Shown: positions 1 to 12,166 of the stretch, in pieces | How positions within the stretch are numbered: the stretch's first letter is position 1 | Layout: each line of letters begins with the position of its first letter | From: Felis catus | Lineage: Eukaryota | Length of the DNA: 64,000 nucleotides | Assembly (NCBI RefSeq): GCF_018350175.1 | Contig: NC_058383.1 | Coordinates: 11,410,001-11,474,000, forward strand | Direction of reading: 5' to 3' | The notes under the pieces: generated by a model | What the model saw: only the letters and a program-made list of their open reading frames with translations | What the model was told of the DNA's origin: nothing | Databases searched by the model: none | Translations under genes and position numbers: made by a program

Positions 1-70
1 GAAACGTTCTTCCACTTGCTCAGGCCAAGAGCATTAGAGTTACTCTTCCCTTCTCTCCCTCAACATTCCG
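1..70 (+). mobile_element. L2 LINE fragment
   Basis: ccacttgctcaggccaagagcattagagttactcttcccttctctccc resembles the L2 segment ccagttgctcaggccaaaaaccttggagtcatccttgactcctctct. Confidence 0.5.
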
Positions 71-169
71 TCTTAGAGAAGGCCATGAAGAGAAGGTCAG
101 TGCTGCGTGATTTGCTCAATCCTTCTTTTTTGGGCCCTTTTTTTTTTTTAATACAGGAAATCCTTAAAT

Positions 170-420
170 AACAGGAATAGCTGACATCTATTTATCATGT
201 GCTCTCTCTCAGGCGACGTAGTAAGGACCTTCTATCTAACAGCTCATTTAAGCCTGGAAACAACTCTAGGAATGAAGTGTTATTATCCTCACTCCCATTT
301 TTACAGATGAGGAAATGGGCCCAGAAAAATTCAATCGCCTGCCCCAGGTTACACAGCTAGTAGCTGGGAACACGTGGATTTGAACCCAGGCAGCCAAGCT
401 CAAGGGGTTTCCTAACCCTG
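170..420 (-). mobile_element. MIR SINE
   Basis: MIR core in reverse orientation: cccatttttacagatgaggaaatgggcccag...gccccaggttacacagctagtag...ggatttgaacccaggcag. Confidence 0.85.
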
Positions 421-439
421 GCCGTGCAATCCAGTCTTC

Positions 440-618
440 TGGAGCCATTATAAAATACTGAGCATTCAATTGCATGCCAGAACACGCCCCAGATCAATAA
501 AATCAGAAGGTGGAGGTTGGACCCAGACATGGATCCTAGAGGATCCATTGATCCACTGATCTAGGATCAAAGCTCCTAGAGGATTCTAGTTGGCAGCCAG
601 GGTTGGGAATGACTGACT
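440..618. mobile_element. MER5-like hAT-Charlie MITE remnant
   Basis: ccccagatcaataaaatcagaa...gattctagttggcagccagggttgggaatgactg resembles a MER5A/B end. Confidence 0.55.
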
Positions 619-1639
619 CTACCTGCGTGTTGTATGGATGCTGATGTTACTTACCTGCAAGACCCATACCCGTGATTACTAACAGTCATATCTGTCCACA
701 CGCAGGTCTCTTCTCTTGAGTGTCTTTGCGTATTACGTGCCTTTGTGGAGCTGGGTTGGGTGTCTGAGGCCCCCTCAGATGTCATATCCCAGGCCTGTGA
801 ATCAGGGAAGCTCACAGTCTTGTCCAGTGACCCGGGGAGCCAGAGGCAAAGTTGAGGGGTGGCCACATTGGTCGGTGGCAGCAGGAAGACTCTTGAAGAG
901 CCTTGGCAGGGACTGTCACGTCCCGAGCGAAATACATACGCATGCCAGTCACCTTTACATATTTCTCAGGCCAGTTGAGGTGAAAAATGTGCAGGCTTTG
1001 AACCATCGGAGGAATGCTTCCTCAGCTGTCAGCCTCTGGACACAGTAACGATCGGATTTGTCGTGACCCTTAGATTTTTGTCAGTCACCGCGTTCCCGCA
1101 CCCATCTGGGAGATTGACAGTGCTGTCTTGTCACTTTGTCAAACCGAATGACAGCCTCTCCAGATTTGGTTATGCGTGGACAAGAGAAGCTGTCACGGAA
1201 ACCTTGTCGACGTGATGAGCCAGTGGCAACTCACCCCGGTCACACGGCGTGAATAAGGAGGACAGGGCAATTAGGTGCTCTCCAGCGTCAACGCCAAGAA
1301 GGTTGACAAATTAAAGCTTGTCAACTTCCTTAAAGCCGCTCAACGATCACAAGAGTTTGAATGCTGACATACGAAAGCCGAAGTCTGCAATGGGAGTGAT
1401 GGCCCCGATCTTCCTGTTCTCTCCTTTCAGTTTTTCCAACTTAACTGGGGAAAGCAGGACTTCCTAAAGCAGCAGCGAGGGGTCTGCAGCCTCACACAGC
1501 TCCTGCTGGTTGTTGGTCCCACCAGGTGGGAAAAAAGAAACGATGCTGAGTTTGGATGCCAGGGTGGAAGTCTTAACGAGGCTCCTCTGGCCTTATTTCA
1601 TTGCAGGAAAATGAAGTGGGATATATGGGAATCCATTAC

Positions 1640-1774
1640 GCATAATGGGGTTAATTTTGTTTGTGAAACGTTGGTTTTAGCTGGGTGAGTACATAAATCT
1701 TTGGGTGTACTGAGTCATGGTGTAAAGTGTATTTTTATTGTGAGTCATGGTCAAGAAGATTTGAAAACCACTGT
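1640..1774. mobile_element. hAT-Charlie-type MITE remnant
   Basis: Ends in gtcatggtcaagaagatttgaaaaccactg, a typical hAT-Charlie terminus (reverse complement CAGTGGTTTTCAAA). Confidence 0.55.
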
Positions 1775-1861
1775 CCTAAGGAGCTCAGGGGTGAAGGAGC
1801 AAGTTCCACTCATGCGTTCAGATGGGCAGATCGAAATAGAAAACATGCTTCTGAGTTTTCA

Positions 1862-1996
1862 CTAGTGCCTGCCACTGTTCTGGGCACTTGAGAAGTACTA
1901 AGCCATTTAATCCCCACAATGACCCTAGGAAGCGGATACCGTATTACTAAACCCATGTCACAGATGAGGGAAATAGAGGCATGGTAGGTTAAGAAT
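1862..1996 (-). mobile_element. MIR SINE fragment
   Basis: catttaatccccacaatgaccctagg...cccatgtcacagatgagggaaatagaggc...ggttaag. Confidence 0.8.
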
Positions 1997-2207
1997 TGTG
2001 GGGACAGAGTAATGGCCCCCAAAGACATCCACGGTCTCAGTGCCCCAGACCTGTGAATGTTACCTCTCATGGCAAAGGGACTTTGTGGACGTGATTACGT
2101 TTAGGATCTTGAGATGGGGAGGTTATTTTGGATCTCACAAGTGGGCCTAATGTAATCATGGCGGTCCTTAAAGAAGGAACAGGGAGGAGTGGGCAGAGGT
2201 CAGAGTT
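1997..2207 (+). mobile_element. MLT1 (MLT1D-like) ERVL-MaLR LTR, 5' part
   Basis: tgtgg...aatggcccccaaagacatccac...cctgtgaatgttacc...catggcaaagggactttg...gatcttgagatggggaggttatt. Confidence 0.8.
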
Positions 2208-3718
2208 CCTCCATCTTGACCCTTCGCTCTTCTCTTCTCCTCCACCTGCGTAACCTTCTTTGAGACTTGGCTTAAAGCTCAACTCTTCCAACGGGTCTTC
2301 CTTGATTAATGGCACTTCAGTGATAGTATGTTGTGACTATGCCACCTTATACTTCCGGTAGCAGTATGTGAGCCCTTCCATGTGACCACACCTTGAAGAG
2401 CGTAGCGCGTTGTTATTTTTAGAAATCTTTGTGGCGCTTTTGAGGCAGAGTTGATACACATCTGCTGAAATAGGTCAGCCTTCTTGTCTTGCATCACTTA
2501 ATTAACAAGTTGACATGTCTGTTTTTGAATGTACATACACCTTCCCCCGCCAACCCCCTGCCCCCCATCCCGCTCACCCCTGCCCTCCCCCGCCAAGGAA
2601 AATTTTGTGTTTATGAGCCAGGAAACATTGAGAAATGATCAGCTCTCATTTTTCTTTTTTGTTGTGGTCGTATCCGCGGGATGTCAGCTAGCACTCAAAT
2701 ACACGTGAAGTTGCAAGAATAGAGGTAGACAGAAATGGGAAGGAGCAGTTTTTTGTGTGTGTGAAATAAAAAGGTGTGAACGCTGTTTATATTTTGTTCC
2801 GTATTCCAGGTAGCTAAGATTTTATAAAAATTGAGCGTCCTTGTTCCCATCTATATGTGTTCTGTAAAAAATTAAATGTTATGTGGCTCCGTGTATAGGA
2901 TTCCATCACTGGGGCATTTTATAAATCCTTGAGAATAGAATCATAGTGGCGTAACTTGTGACTTGGGCATTTGGCAAACGCGTGCTTGCGTTCAATTATA
3001 AGATGACTGTGTCAGATCCAACAATGATGCAGCAGCAGGGTTTTAGCTCTCCCAGCCCTGTTTTCTAAAAGGATACAAGACCAGGAATCTGGGGTGGGTT
3101 CCTATCCCAGGGACCTTAGGAGAATGGCAGGACCTCTCTGGACCTCCATTTCCGCATCTGTGAAAATCAAGGGGTTGAATTCTATGGCCCCTAAGGTCTG
3201 TTCCATTCCAAAATTCCATGTTCCCAGGATTCTGATTACAGGGCTGATCCAGTCATGCATGCAAAGTGCTGAATATTTAAATAATTGCTCACAGGTTGCA
3301 CATTTCATTACTGTCAAGAGCCCAGAATTGCACGGAGGGACAGCACTTTCTTCAGTTACATGCTGAATGGAATTATACTTGAAGTGACTTAATAAAGGAG
3401 GTGGGTGTCCTCCTTTGCCAGGGCTCATCTCTGTGCTGTGCATGCTTAGTATGTATGTACGGGTTGCTGACTGTCTCATCCAAACAGGCCCCGACCCTGC
3501 TGGCCCAGCGCCCTGCACTAGTCAGCTGGTCGACCTGGTCTGAGCCCATGATTCTGCGTTCCTGATTAGGGGTAGCAATGTCTCCCTTATTGCTTCCTTA
3601 TACTCCCCTGATGAGTGCTTATCCCAAGATTATCAAGAGGCAACCCAAAGGATTATTTATGAGGAACTGTGATCTATAACCCCCTCCCTACATACACACA
3701 CGCTCACCCAAATCTGTG

Positions 3719-4049
3719 CAACTGACCCTTGAACGCGCAGGAGTTACAGGCGCCGACCCCCTGCACAGTTGAAAATCCACATCTAACTTGTGATGCTCCC
3801 AAAACTTTTACTAACAGCCTACTGATGACTGGAAGGCTTCCTGATAACGTAAACAGTCAGTGAACACATATTTTTGTGTGTTACACGTGTTCTATACTGT
3901 ATTTGTGTAATCAAGTAAGCTAGGGAAAAGGAAATGCCATTAAGAAAGTCATAAGGAAGAGAGAAAATACTGTTATCATATTTATCAAGAAAGATCCACA
4001 TACAAGCGGCCCCATAGAGTTCAAACCTGTGTTGTTCAAGGGTCAACTG
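3719..4049 (-). mobile_element. Tigger2a-like (TcMar-Tigger) MITE with both TIRs
   Basis: Terminal inverted repeats caactgacccttgaac (3719) and gttcaagggtcaactg (ends 4049) followed by TA; internal sequence matches the recalled Tigger2a/MER28 consensus. Confidence 0.85.
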
Positions 4050-4063
4050 TATATATAAATTCT

Positions 4064-4269
4064 TTTTAAAAATACTTATTGATTTATTGAGAGAGAGAAA
4101 GGAGGGAGAGAGAGAGAAGGAGCAGGGGAGGGGCTGAGAGAGAGAGAATCCCAAGTAGACTCCACGCTGTCTGAGCAGAGCCCAACACGGGGCTCCATCT
4201 CACGAACCGTGAGACTCGAGTCAAAATCAAGAGTCGGCTGCTTAACCGACTGAGCCACCCGGGTGCCCC
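4064..4269 (-). mobile_element. Can-SINE (SINEC_Fc family)
   Basis: tRNA-derived head, (GA)n and T-rich tail; TSD approx. tata(t/g)aaattct. Confidence 0.95.
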
Positions 4270-4280
4270 TATAGAAATTC

Positions 4281-4290
4281 TTTTCTTTCT

Positions 4291-4344
<54 letters not shown>

Positions 4345-4408
4345 TTCCTTCCTTCCTTCCTTCCTTCCTTCCTTCCTTCCTTCCTTCCTTCCTTTCTTTC
4401 TTTCTTTC
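4281..4408. repeat. (TTTC)n(TTCC)n compound microsatellite
   Basis: Seen directly. Confidence 0.95.
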
Positions 4409-4469
4409 GCTTGCTTTTTCCTTTTTTAAAGAGGGCCATGAGAGTTGCAGTTGGCTGCTGTCAGACCAT

Positions 4470-4680
4470 ACTTCAGGTCAAATTTTGATTTCAATGTTCT
4501 CTCTTTGCGTGGTTTTGGACAAATCCTTCAGCCTGGCTGAGCCTCAGTCACTCTATCCGTAGGGTGGGCATAATGATGTTGAAGCCCCACAGGGTTTTTA
4601 GCTGTCGTGGGGACACCAGGACAGAGTGTGGGAGGCTCAGTGCTCACACCGTGAGCCCTCAGTAGCCGTTAGCTCTTACT
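4470..4680 (+). mobile_element. MIR SINE (diverged)
   Basis: ttggacaaatccttcagcctggctgagcctcagtcactctatccgtagggtgggcataatgatg. Confidence 0.6.
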
Positions 4681-5252
4681 GCGTCTGGATAAGCTATGAA
4701 CGGCTGCTCACGTCCTCCCTTTCGAAGCAGCCTCTGGTCCTTCCCATTGAATTTTCTCCAGCTACAAAAATTCAAGGCTGGTGGGTGACTCTCCTGCTCC
4801 CCAGACACCGCTCAGCTCTCCCGATGTGCTGGCTGGCCAGGAAGTTGAGAGGTCCAGACTCCAGCGAGGAATGAGGGTTGGTGGCCCATTGTGACTTTGA
4901 ATTTTGGGTACGTGACCTTAGTGCTAGAATAGAATGATCTGCGTCTGTAGGTCAATTCCGGAAAGGCCTCATAGAGGTTCTGATGGGCCAATGGGAGCTC
5001 CAGGGACTCTGACTTGAATAGTAATGACTCCATAGTGGCAGGATTGTCTTGCTCACAGCACCATATTGGGCTCTTGCGGGGAAGGCTGTGCAGAAGGCAG
5101 TGTGGCCTTCCCCAGTGGGGACCTTCACAGCCGACAGAGGGTGGATCTGGTTGGACCATCTGTCCTGGCTCTCCCCCACACAAAGGATAAGGATTTTTTT
5201 TCTGAAGCCTTACGGGGAACTTCAGGACAGGCTTCTACTACATTGTGCAGAC

Positions 5253-5437
5253 CAGTGGTTCACACACTGGAGAGTGGGGTTTTACCAGTGGGGTAAACAC
5301 TGAGTGCTAAGCCCCGCCCCCAGAGTTTCCCATTCAGTTCTGGGCTGGGGGGGGGTTACCTGAGAATCTGCATTGCTTATAAGTTCCCACGTAATCCCGA
5401 CGCTGCTGCCTTGGGGAGCACCGTTTGAGAATACGTG
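5253..5437. mobile_element. MER5A-like hAT-Charlie MITE
   Basis: cagtggttcacacactgg...ccccagagtttcccattcag...cctgagaatctgcattgcttataagttccc...caccgtttgagaa. Confidence 0.7.
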
Positions 5438-7289
5438 TGACCAAGACCACAGTGGCCTCCAGGCCAGTGGATAATTTCATGGACCAGTCCCTACTTTTAC
5501 AAGTGGATTTGCCCCGATGAACCAAGGCCTTGTTTGTATGAATTAATGGTGCCTCTGACGGAGAGGTATCCAGGGCTTGTGATCAACGTTGATTAGTGAG
5601 TCACATGTGAGAAGGACCAAGACGAGACATTGGTGCCCCCTCTGTCACTGTGTCATTGTCACAGTGCAGCGGTGACACGATCAATGGAAAGATGCCAATG
5701 GATGCAGTCAGCGGATGTACTATTCCTTTCCTGGCAAGGGCCAAGAGAACTTAGGAAGACAGTTCCTTGCAGCAGAAGATAACGTTGCACGCTCCCAGAT
5801 GGTGGCTTGGGCTTCCCGGCCCTCCCCGGCCTCCACGAAGATGTGCAGCTGTTGCCGATTCCTTCTGCGCGGTATGAAGATTTTACGAGGCGCGAGAAGC
5901 TTGCCTTCGCCAGAGAGGCTCGGAGAGGTTTCTGGACCGTCTTGGCACACCTCCCACACGCACACGTTTTGGTGACTCTGGCCAAGCGCCCGCCTGCTCA
6001 GCTATAAAAAATGGATAAAAGCAATGCCGGCACGTTCTTGTGACGTGAGTGGACTGAAGGTGAACTTCATGCCTCAGTTGGTCCAACCTGGCCCTTTGCC
6101 AGCGCCTGAAATGTCTTTGGGTTCCGGGTCTCTCCTGCCTAGGTCTCCACGTTGACACCTTCCCTGGGAAAATCTGCTTTGGGATGATCAGAACGTTCTG
6201 TGGGGAGGAGCTAAGGAAGGAGTAGGGAGGGGGGCAGATGTTCCCTCGCATCCTGCATTCTTTGGGGCAGGTAAGAGGCTGGGCGGGGATTTTATTTTCT
6301 CTGTGGGCCAGGGGTAGGACCACGGTGGGGGGAAGATGGTAAAGGATAGATAGATAGATCCCCTTCTTCTGAGGATCCTTCCCCAGGCCAGCTGCCTCAA
6401 GAAGCCTCTGACTCTGCACGGTTGGGGCAAATGCTTCTTTCCGGCCATCTTGTCCCACAGAGACTGACCGCCCTCTGCTCCTGGGCTTTTTTCTTCCGGA
6501 GCCCGGTCCTGGCCGTCATTACTGGGTCTTGTGGGGACTGTTCACTTCACGTAGCTCCTCCAAACTCTTTCCTTCACTTCTTCCACCCACACCTGAAGCT
6601 GTGGCAGGTGCCTCAATCACCTGGACAAACGCAAGAACACAGAAAGGTATGAGACCCATCTCTAGGCCTGCATGTCAGTTACTTGTCTCATTCTCCACCT
6701 TCTTGGCCTCCCCCGCTCCTGACTTTGCTGGTGCCTTCAGGGAAGGCGTCCCTCCTTCCACTTCTCTCTGCTTGGCCAGTCTCTCCGTCGTGGTGTCTGA
6801 GGAGGAAGGGGTTTCCCAGCAAGCCCTCCCGCGGCCCTTTCCATGATACGTGCCTGTCCTCTGTCTGTGTCCGTTCTTTCGTCTGTTAACTTACTGAGCA
6901 CAGATGCATTGAGCGTTACCATTGCCAGGCCAGGCGTAGGGCAAGTTCCCAGAGATCCACGGTTCCTGCGGTCATCCGACGCCACGTGTACCTGTCAGGC
7001 TGTCACCTGGTGCATCGCAACACCTCTTGGCTGTTTTCAGGATCCGCTTTTCCAAGCCGCGGTTCCCACATGCTGGGTGGCTGATGGTGTTTGGTGCAGT
7101 TGTTAAAAACACACAGTCCCGACTCCTTTCATGAAGACTCCCGTGTGGGAGGGCTGGGGCGGAGTACGAAAAATCTGTAGCATTTTTACACGATTCCCGA
7201 TTTGGAACTGGGTAGATTGAATGGAGATTTAAATAATAATGATTATACCAAAAACCTTTGGGGGAAAAAAGAGGGTGGGGGAGACCGTT

Positions 7290-7585
7290 GGCAGATTTTA
7301 AAACATATCATAAAGCCTCAGTAATAAAAACAGTAAGGCGCTTGGTCAAGCGGATCAATGGAAAAGAATAGAAAGTTCAGAAGCAGATGGAAATATATGA
7401 AAGAGGTTCGTAGATGATACTCAAATCAGTGGAGGAAAAATGGATTCATCCATAAATCGGGCTGTATAAACTGGAGGGGGGGAAAAAGCCAGGTCCATGC
7501 CTCATGTCTACATCAGGATAAATTCCGACTGGATCAAAGTTCTAACAGTAAGATACGGAAGCATGAAAGTATGGGAAGAATTCAT
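7290..7585 (+). mobile_element. Ancient L1M (ORF2 3' region) fragment
   Basis: aaaacatatcataaagcctcagtaataaaaacagt...gatcaatggaaaagaatagaaagttcagaa...ataaattccgactggatcaaag. Confidence 0.75.
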
Positions 7586-8189
7586 GAACGAATGAAGTAT
7601 GTAAATTACCTAACACTATATGGTGCCCCGTAGCTAATGGTTATTATTAGAATTGTATGATCCTATTAAGATTTCAGGATTATTAAAATTAATATTAATA
7701 TATACAAATGCCACATGGTTCAGACACACAGAGAATGATATTCTTCTGGTAACTCTAGTTTTCATACATTCACCCCGCTTTTCCCCAAATGAGAAGCTGT
7801 AAGAGAGAAGGGTGACCGTCTAGGCAAGGACGTGTGCGGGGCAAGATGGATCCCACTCAGCCGGACCCTCTCCGGTCGTGTGGGAGAAAAGCAGATATTT
7901 TCGCTAAAAGCTTTTCCTGGCTCGACCTTAGTGGTTGCCTGCTCCGGATGGTGCCCATGTCTCGGGGTGAAGAAGGTCATTACTGAAGACTAAAGAGTGT
8001 GATTCCAACATCGTGTTCATCTCCGTTTATAAGGCAAACCCTCATGCCTGGAGTTTGGGAAGACACAGGCTTGTAAGATAGTGAAGGACAGTGAAGGGAG
8101 GGCTTGTCTGGGTCATATCTTACGTGGTCTATGCCAAGAGTCGGGAGACAATACTCTGAGTGTGATTTTTCAGAGAAAAAAATGTGCTA

Positions 8190-9372
8190 AGCCGACCTTA
8201 ATTTGAAATTAAAAACTTCTCGTCTGCCCCAAACACTAAGAGAATAAAAAGATGTCGAATCACTATGTTGTATACCTGGAACAAAGGGTATGTCAGTGTA
8301 TGTCAACTAGACTTCGGTTGACAAAAAAGAGAAGAAAAAGATAAGCCACAGACTGGAGGCAACGCATAGGCTGACAGATTAGTGTCCAGAGTAGACACTT
8401 TAACAAAGAAGATGTACATAAGCACTAAGTACATAAAAAGACGGCCAGCATCATCCATCATTAAGGAAATGCAAATTAAAACCACAGTGCGCCTATCCCT
8501 GCACACCTGTTAGAATGGCTAAAATAGGAAAAGATCGACCAAGTGTTGAGGATGAAGCAGAAGAACTGATTGCCATCCCCGACGGCTGGGACAGCCACTT
8601 TGGAAAAGAGGGCACCAATTTCTTCACAAGTTAAATTAAACATTCACTCCCTGTAGGATCCGGCCAGTCCATGTCTAGATGTTCACTGAAGACAAAAGGA
8701 AACATTTTTCCATGCAGTGACTTACATGTGAATGTTCACGGCGAACACTAACTAGGTAGAACACAAACGGTCTTCAACAGGTGATTGGGGAAACACACTG
8801 TGGTATATCCATACAATGCAACGCTACTCAACAATAAAAAGGAATAAGCCGCTGAGACACATGGCATGGCTGAATCTCAAAATAATTACGTTGAGTCAAG
8901 GAAGTCGGACAAAAGAACACTTACTGCATGATTCCATTTATATAAAACTCTGGAAGACACAAACTGACTGATAGGGACAGAAAGCAGGTCAGTGGTGGCC
9001 AGGGGTGGGGTGGGGGCAGAGAAGAGGAATTACCAAGGGGCACAAAGAAAATTTTGGGGGCGATGATGTGTACGTTTTTTTGAATATGGTGATGGTTTCA
9101 CGAGTGTGTCCATATCTCAAAGCCTATCAAATAATGTGCACCTTGGGGTGCCTCAACCAACTGAGCGTCTGACTCTTGATTTCAGCCCAGGTCGTGATCC
9201 CAGGGTGGTGGAATCGAGCCCCAAGTCGGGCTCCGTGCTGAGTGCAGAGCCTGCTTAAGATAGTCTCTCTCTCTCTCTCCCCACTTCTGCCCCTCTCCCC
9301 CCACTCATGCTCTCTCTCTAAAAATAATGCACCTTATTGTGTATAAATTACAGCTCTATAACACTGTGAAAT
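8190..9372 (+). mobile_element. Ancient L1M 3' end, interrupted by a Can-SINE
   Basis: cattaaggaaatgcaaattaaaaccacagtg...ttagaatggctaaaat...gtggtatatccatacaatg...tgcatgattccatttatataaaactc. Confidence 0.85.
9145..9326 (+). mobile_element. Can-SINE (older subfamily)
   Basis: ggggtgcc...gactcttgatttcagcccaggtcgtgatcccagggtggtgg...; TSD approx. aaataat(gt)gcacctt. Confidence 0.9.
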
Positions 9373-9451
9373 ATTAGTTGGTCCTTGAGGAAAAAACACA
9401 CGTTAACTGGAAGGGGGAAATTCCTGACGAAAGGAGAGAGTTAGCAGATGA

Positions 9452-10003
9452 ATGGAAATTCATTTTCTCACCATTTTGGAGGCTGCGAGTTCAAGATCAA
9501 GGTGTTGGTAGGGTTGGTTTCTTTCGAGGCCTCTCCTTGGTGTGCAGATGGTCGCCTTCTCCTTGTGTCCTCACATGGTCTTCCCTCTGTGCATGTCTCT
9601 GTCCTAACCTCTTATAAGGACACCAGTCAGGTTGGATTAGGGCCCATCTTAATGATGTTATTTTAACTTAATCACCTCTTTAAAGACCCCATTGTGGGGC
9701 GCCTGGGTGGCTCAGTCAGTTGAAGGTCTGACTTCGGCTCAGGTCTGACCACGATCTCGTGGTTTGTGAGTTCGAGTCCCGCGTCAGGCTCTGTGCTGAC
9801 AGCTCAGAGCCCGGAGCCTGCTTCGGATTCTGTGTCTCCCTCTCTCTCTGCCCCTCCCTCATTTATGCTCTCTCTCAAAAATAAGTAAACATTGAAAAAA
9901 ATTAAAGACCCCATCTCCATATACAGTCATATTTGAGGCACTGGGAGTTAGGACGCCAACATATGAATTTTGGCTGTGGGAGACACAGCTCAGCCCATAC
10001 CAC
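9452..10003 (-). mobile_element. MLT1A/B-type MaLR LTR, split by a Can-SINE
   Basis: ttttggaggctgcgagttcaagatcaaggtg...ggattagggccca...cagtcatatttgaggcactgggagttagg...cagctcagcccatac. Confidence 0.85.
9696..9902 (+). mobile_element. Can-SINE (SINEC_Fc)
   Basis: Full head to A tail; TSD taaagaccccat on both sides. Confidence 0.95.
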
Positions 10004-12166
10004 GGTGTGGTTGGTAAAGTGTTGGTATCATCCACGGCAAGAAAACTCATTTGAAACCCTGCAGACAAAGATTCTGGCGTCTTTGCTCCTTCTTAGTCAC
10101 GGAACATGGGCTGAGTCGCTGAGGTCCCCCAGGGTCCCTCATCTGAAGGTGGCAGACGTCATTGGTTGCTTGCCTGGCATCTGCCTCGTGGCCATGTGGG
10201 AAATGCTGAGAGGGTGACCGAGCCCTGCCTGGAATCAGTCGGCACCTGAGCATCGGCCATCAGACTTTCTGAATGAGAAACACACACCTCGTTCCGTTTG
10301 CTGCTGTTTTCTGTGCCTCACTTGCCAGAGCGTCCTGTGAAATGTACCAATATGTGCCTTTGCTAGATCGCCGCGAAGGCCACGTAAGATGAGGCACAGA
10401 AGGTAAAAATGCCTGGCACATGGTAGATGCTTTGTGAATGGCAGCTATTTCCCACCATCAATGAGAAAGTCAGCCTTCGGACGTTTGGAGAAAGCACTCC
10501 TGTTTTCCGAGAGCCCTGCGAATCCCTAAAAAAAGAGCATCTCGAGGCCGCTTCCAAATGTCCTTGCGGCAGGATGGTTATTTTTCTTCCCTAACTAGTA
10601 GCAGGTGTTTGGCTGTGTCCATTAAAAGCCATTCTGTGCTCCCTTGACAAACGCGTTTTTTATTTAGTGGTGTAGGATCAATAATGCGGTATCTCATGTG
10701 AACTATTAAAATGGAAAATGTCTGCGGGGCTGACAATCGTATTATCGATATGTACTGAGCAATAAATTATGTGAAACAAAATGGAGCAACCGGCCTTACA
10801 AAAGGCTTGTCTGGGGCTCGGCTGGCTTTGTTACAGCCGCAGCCGCGGCTTCCCAGGGCCGCCTTTGCAAAAGCACTCGATGAAGCGCGGGCAGCTTTCC
10901 ATCTGAAGTGGCTGCTGGCTGTCTCAGCTCTTCTAAGCCAGACCTGCCTGCTTGGAATAGGCTCTTCCCCCCACCCCCCTTCCAAGCTAAGTCCCGGGTG
11001 AGTCAGTTTCTCTTCTGATGGCGGTGCCCATCCTGACCCCGGACCCCTTGGCCAGGCTGACTGTCCTCTTGTGGTGTGTTCCGTGCCCAGTGAGATGGCA
11101 TTTTGGGCACCTGGCCTTGTTCGCATCGGGTGTCCTTGATTCTTTTCTTTGTTCCCGCCTCCGAGTCTTACCACCCGCTCAGTCTGGCTCTTCGCTTACA
11201 GGCTTGTCCCCTGGTTTCTGGCCCCTGGTGATCGATGGGATTTTTCTAGGATTCTCTGTGCTCACTTCCTGTCTGTCAGTTGCTGGCCTCCTTGGGTGAT
11301 CATTCTGCTCCCTTCCCTGCCGATGGGAGTGGAGAGGTCTCAGCCATGCGGATAACTCCCCTTTCAGGATTTCCGTGGCCCTCATTGTCATTTCCATAGG
11401 ACCCAGCCCTTGTGACGCCATCACCCTGGGGCTTTGAGTAGCGAGGCGTGCTGGGACTTCACCCCTCAGGAGGAAATGGAGAGGAAGCAGGCTGGGGATC
11501 CGGCAGCATGGAGGCTGGGAGCCTGGCTTGGGTGTGGGGCTGACCCCCAGAGGAAGTGGTCAGAAGTCCGACGCACGATGTCAATGGTACTTGGTCAACT
11601 TGGGTTGATACGAGGCCAGGGGAGAGGCAGACAGTGCAAAGTAGCCCATACCCCTTACTGGGGTTCAGTGTGGAGACCAGGGAGAACCTGGGCTCTACAC
11701 ACGAGTCTCAGGTGCCCAGATGCAGTTCTCCAGGTTACCACTTCCGATCCGAGCTGGCACTCCGAATGAAGTCTGTGGCTCTGTCTGTCCTGAAGGAATG
11801 ACTCTCGATCAGGACAGTGTGTGTATTGGGAATAGTGACCAGGTTAACGAGAATATCTGAGAGAGGAAGAATATTTGAAAGGGCACATTGAATATTATAA
11901 TATGACTTCATGATTGGAAACTCAAAAACGCCTATTATTTTCTTAATGGAAATTAAGGATGATAAAGTTTCACCAAAACATCTTGGATACGGGATACGGA
12001 AAGAACAGAGATTTTCAAAGGGGAGGAGCAAATCCTTCCAGCATCGTGATAGGAGTGTCAAGAGTGTGATTACTCGGAAGGGCAGAAGGGGGTGGGTTTA
12101 CCCAGAGAGCACTGGTGGATCCCCTTATAACCAATATTTCAGGCTTCCTTTAGAATCTGAACCCAT

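Noticed and set aside
1431..1525. Possible 95-nt exon (ttcctgttctctcctttcag acceptor, cag/gtggga donor, one open frame)
   Set aside because: The peptide is unrecognised, the donor is weak and no partner exons are evident; such matches are common by chance. RNA-seq would be needed.
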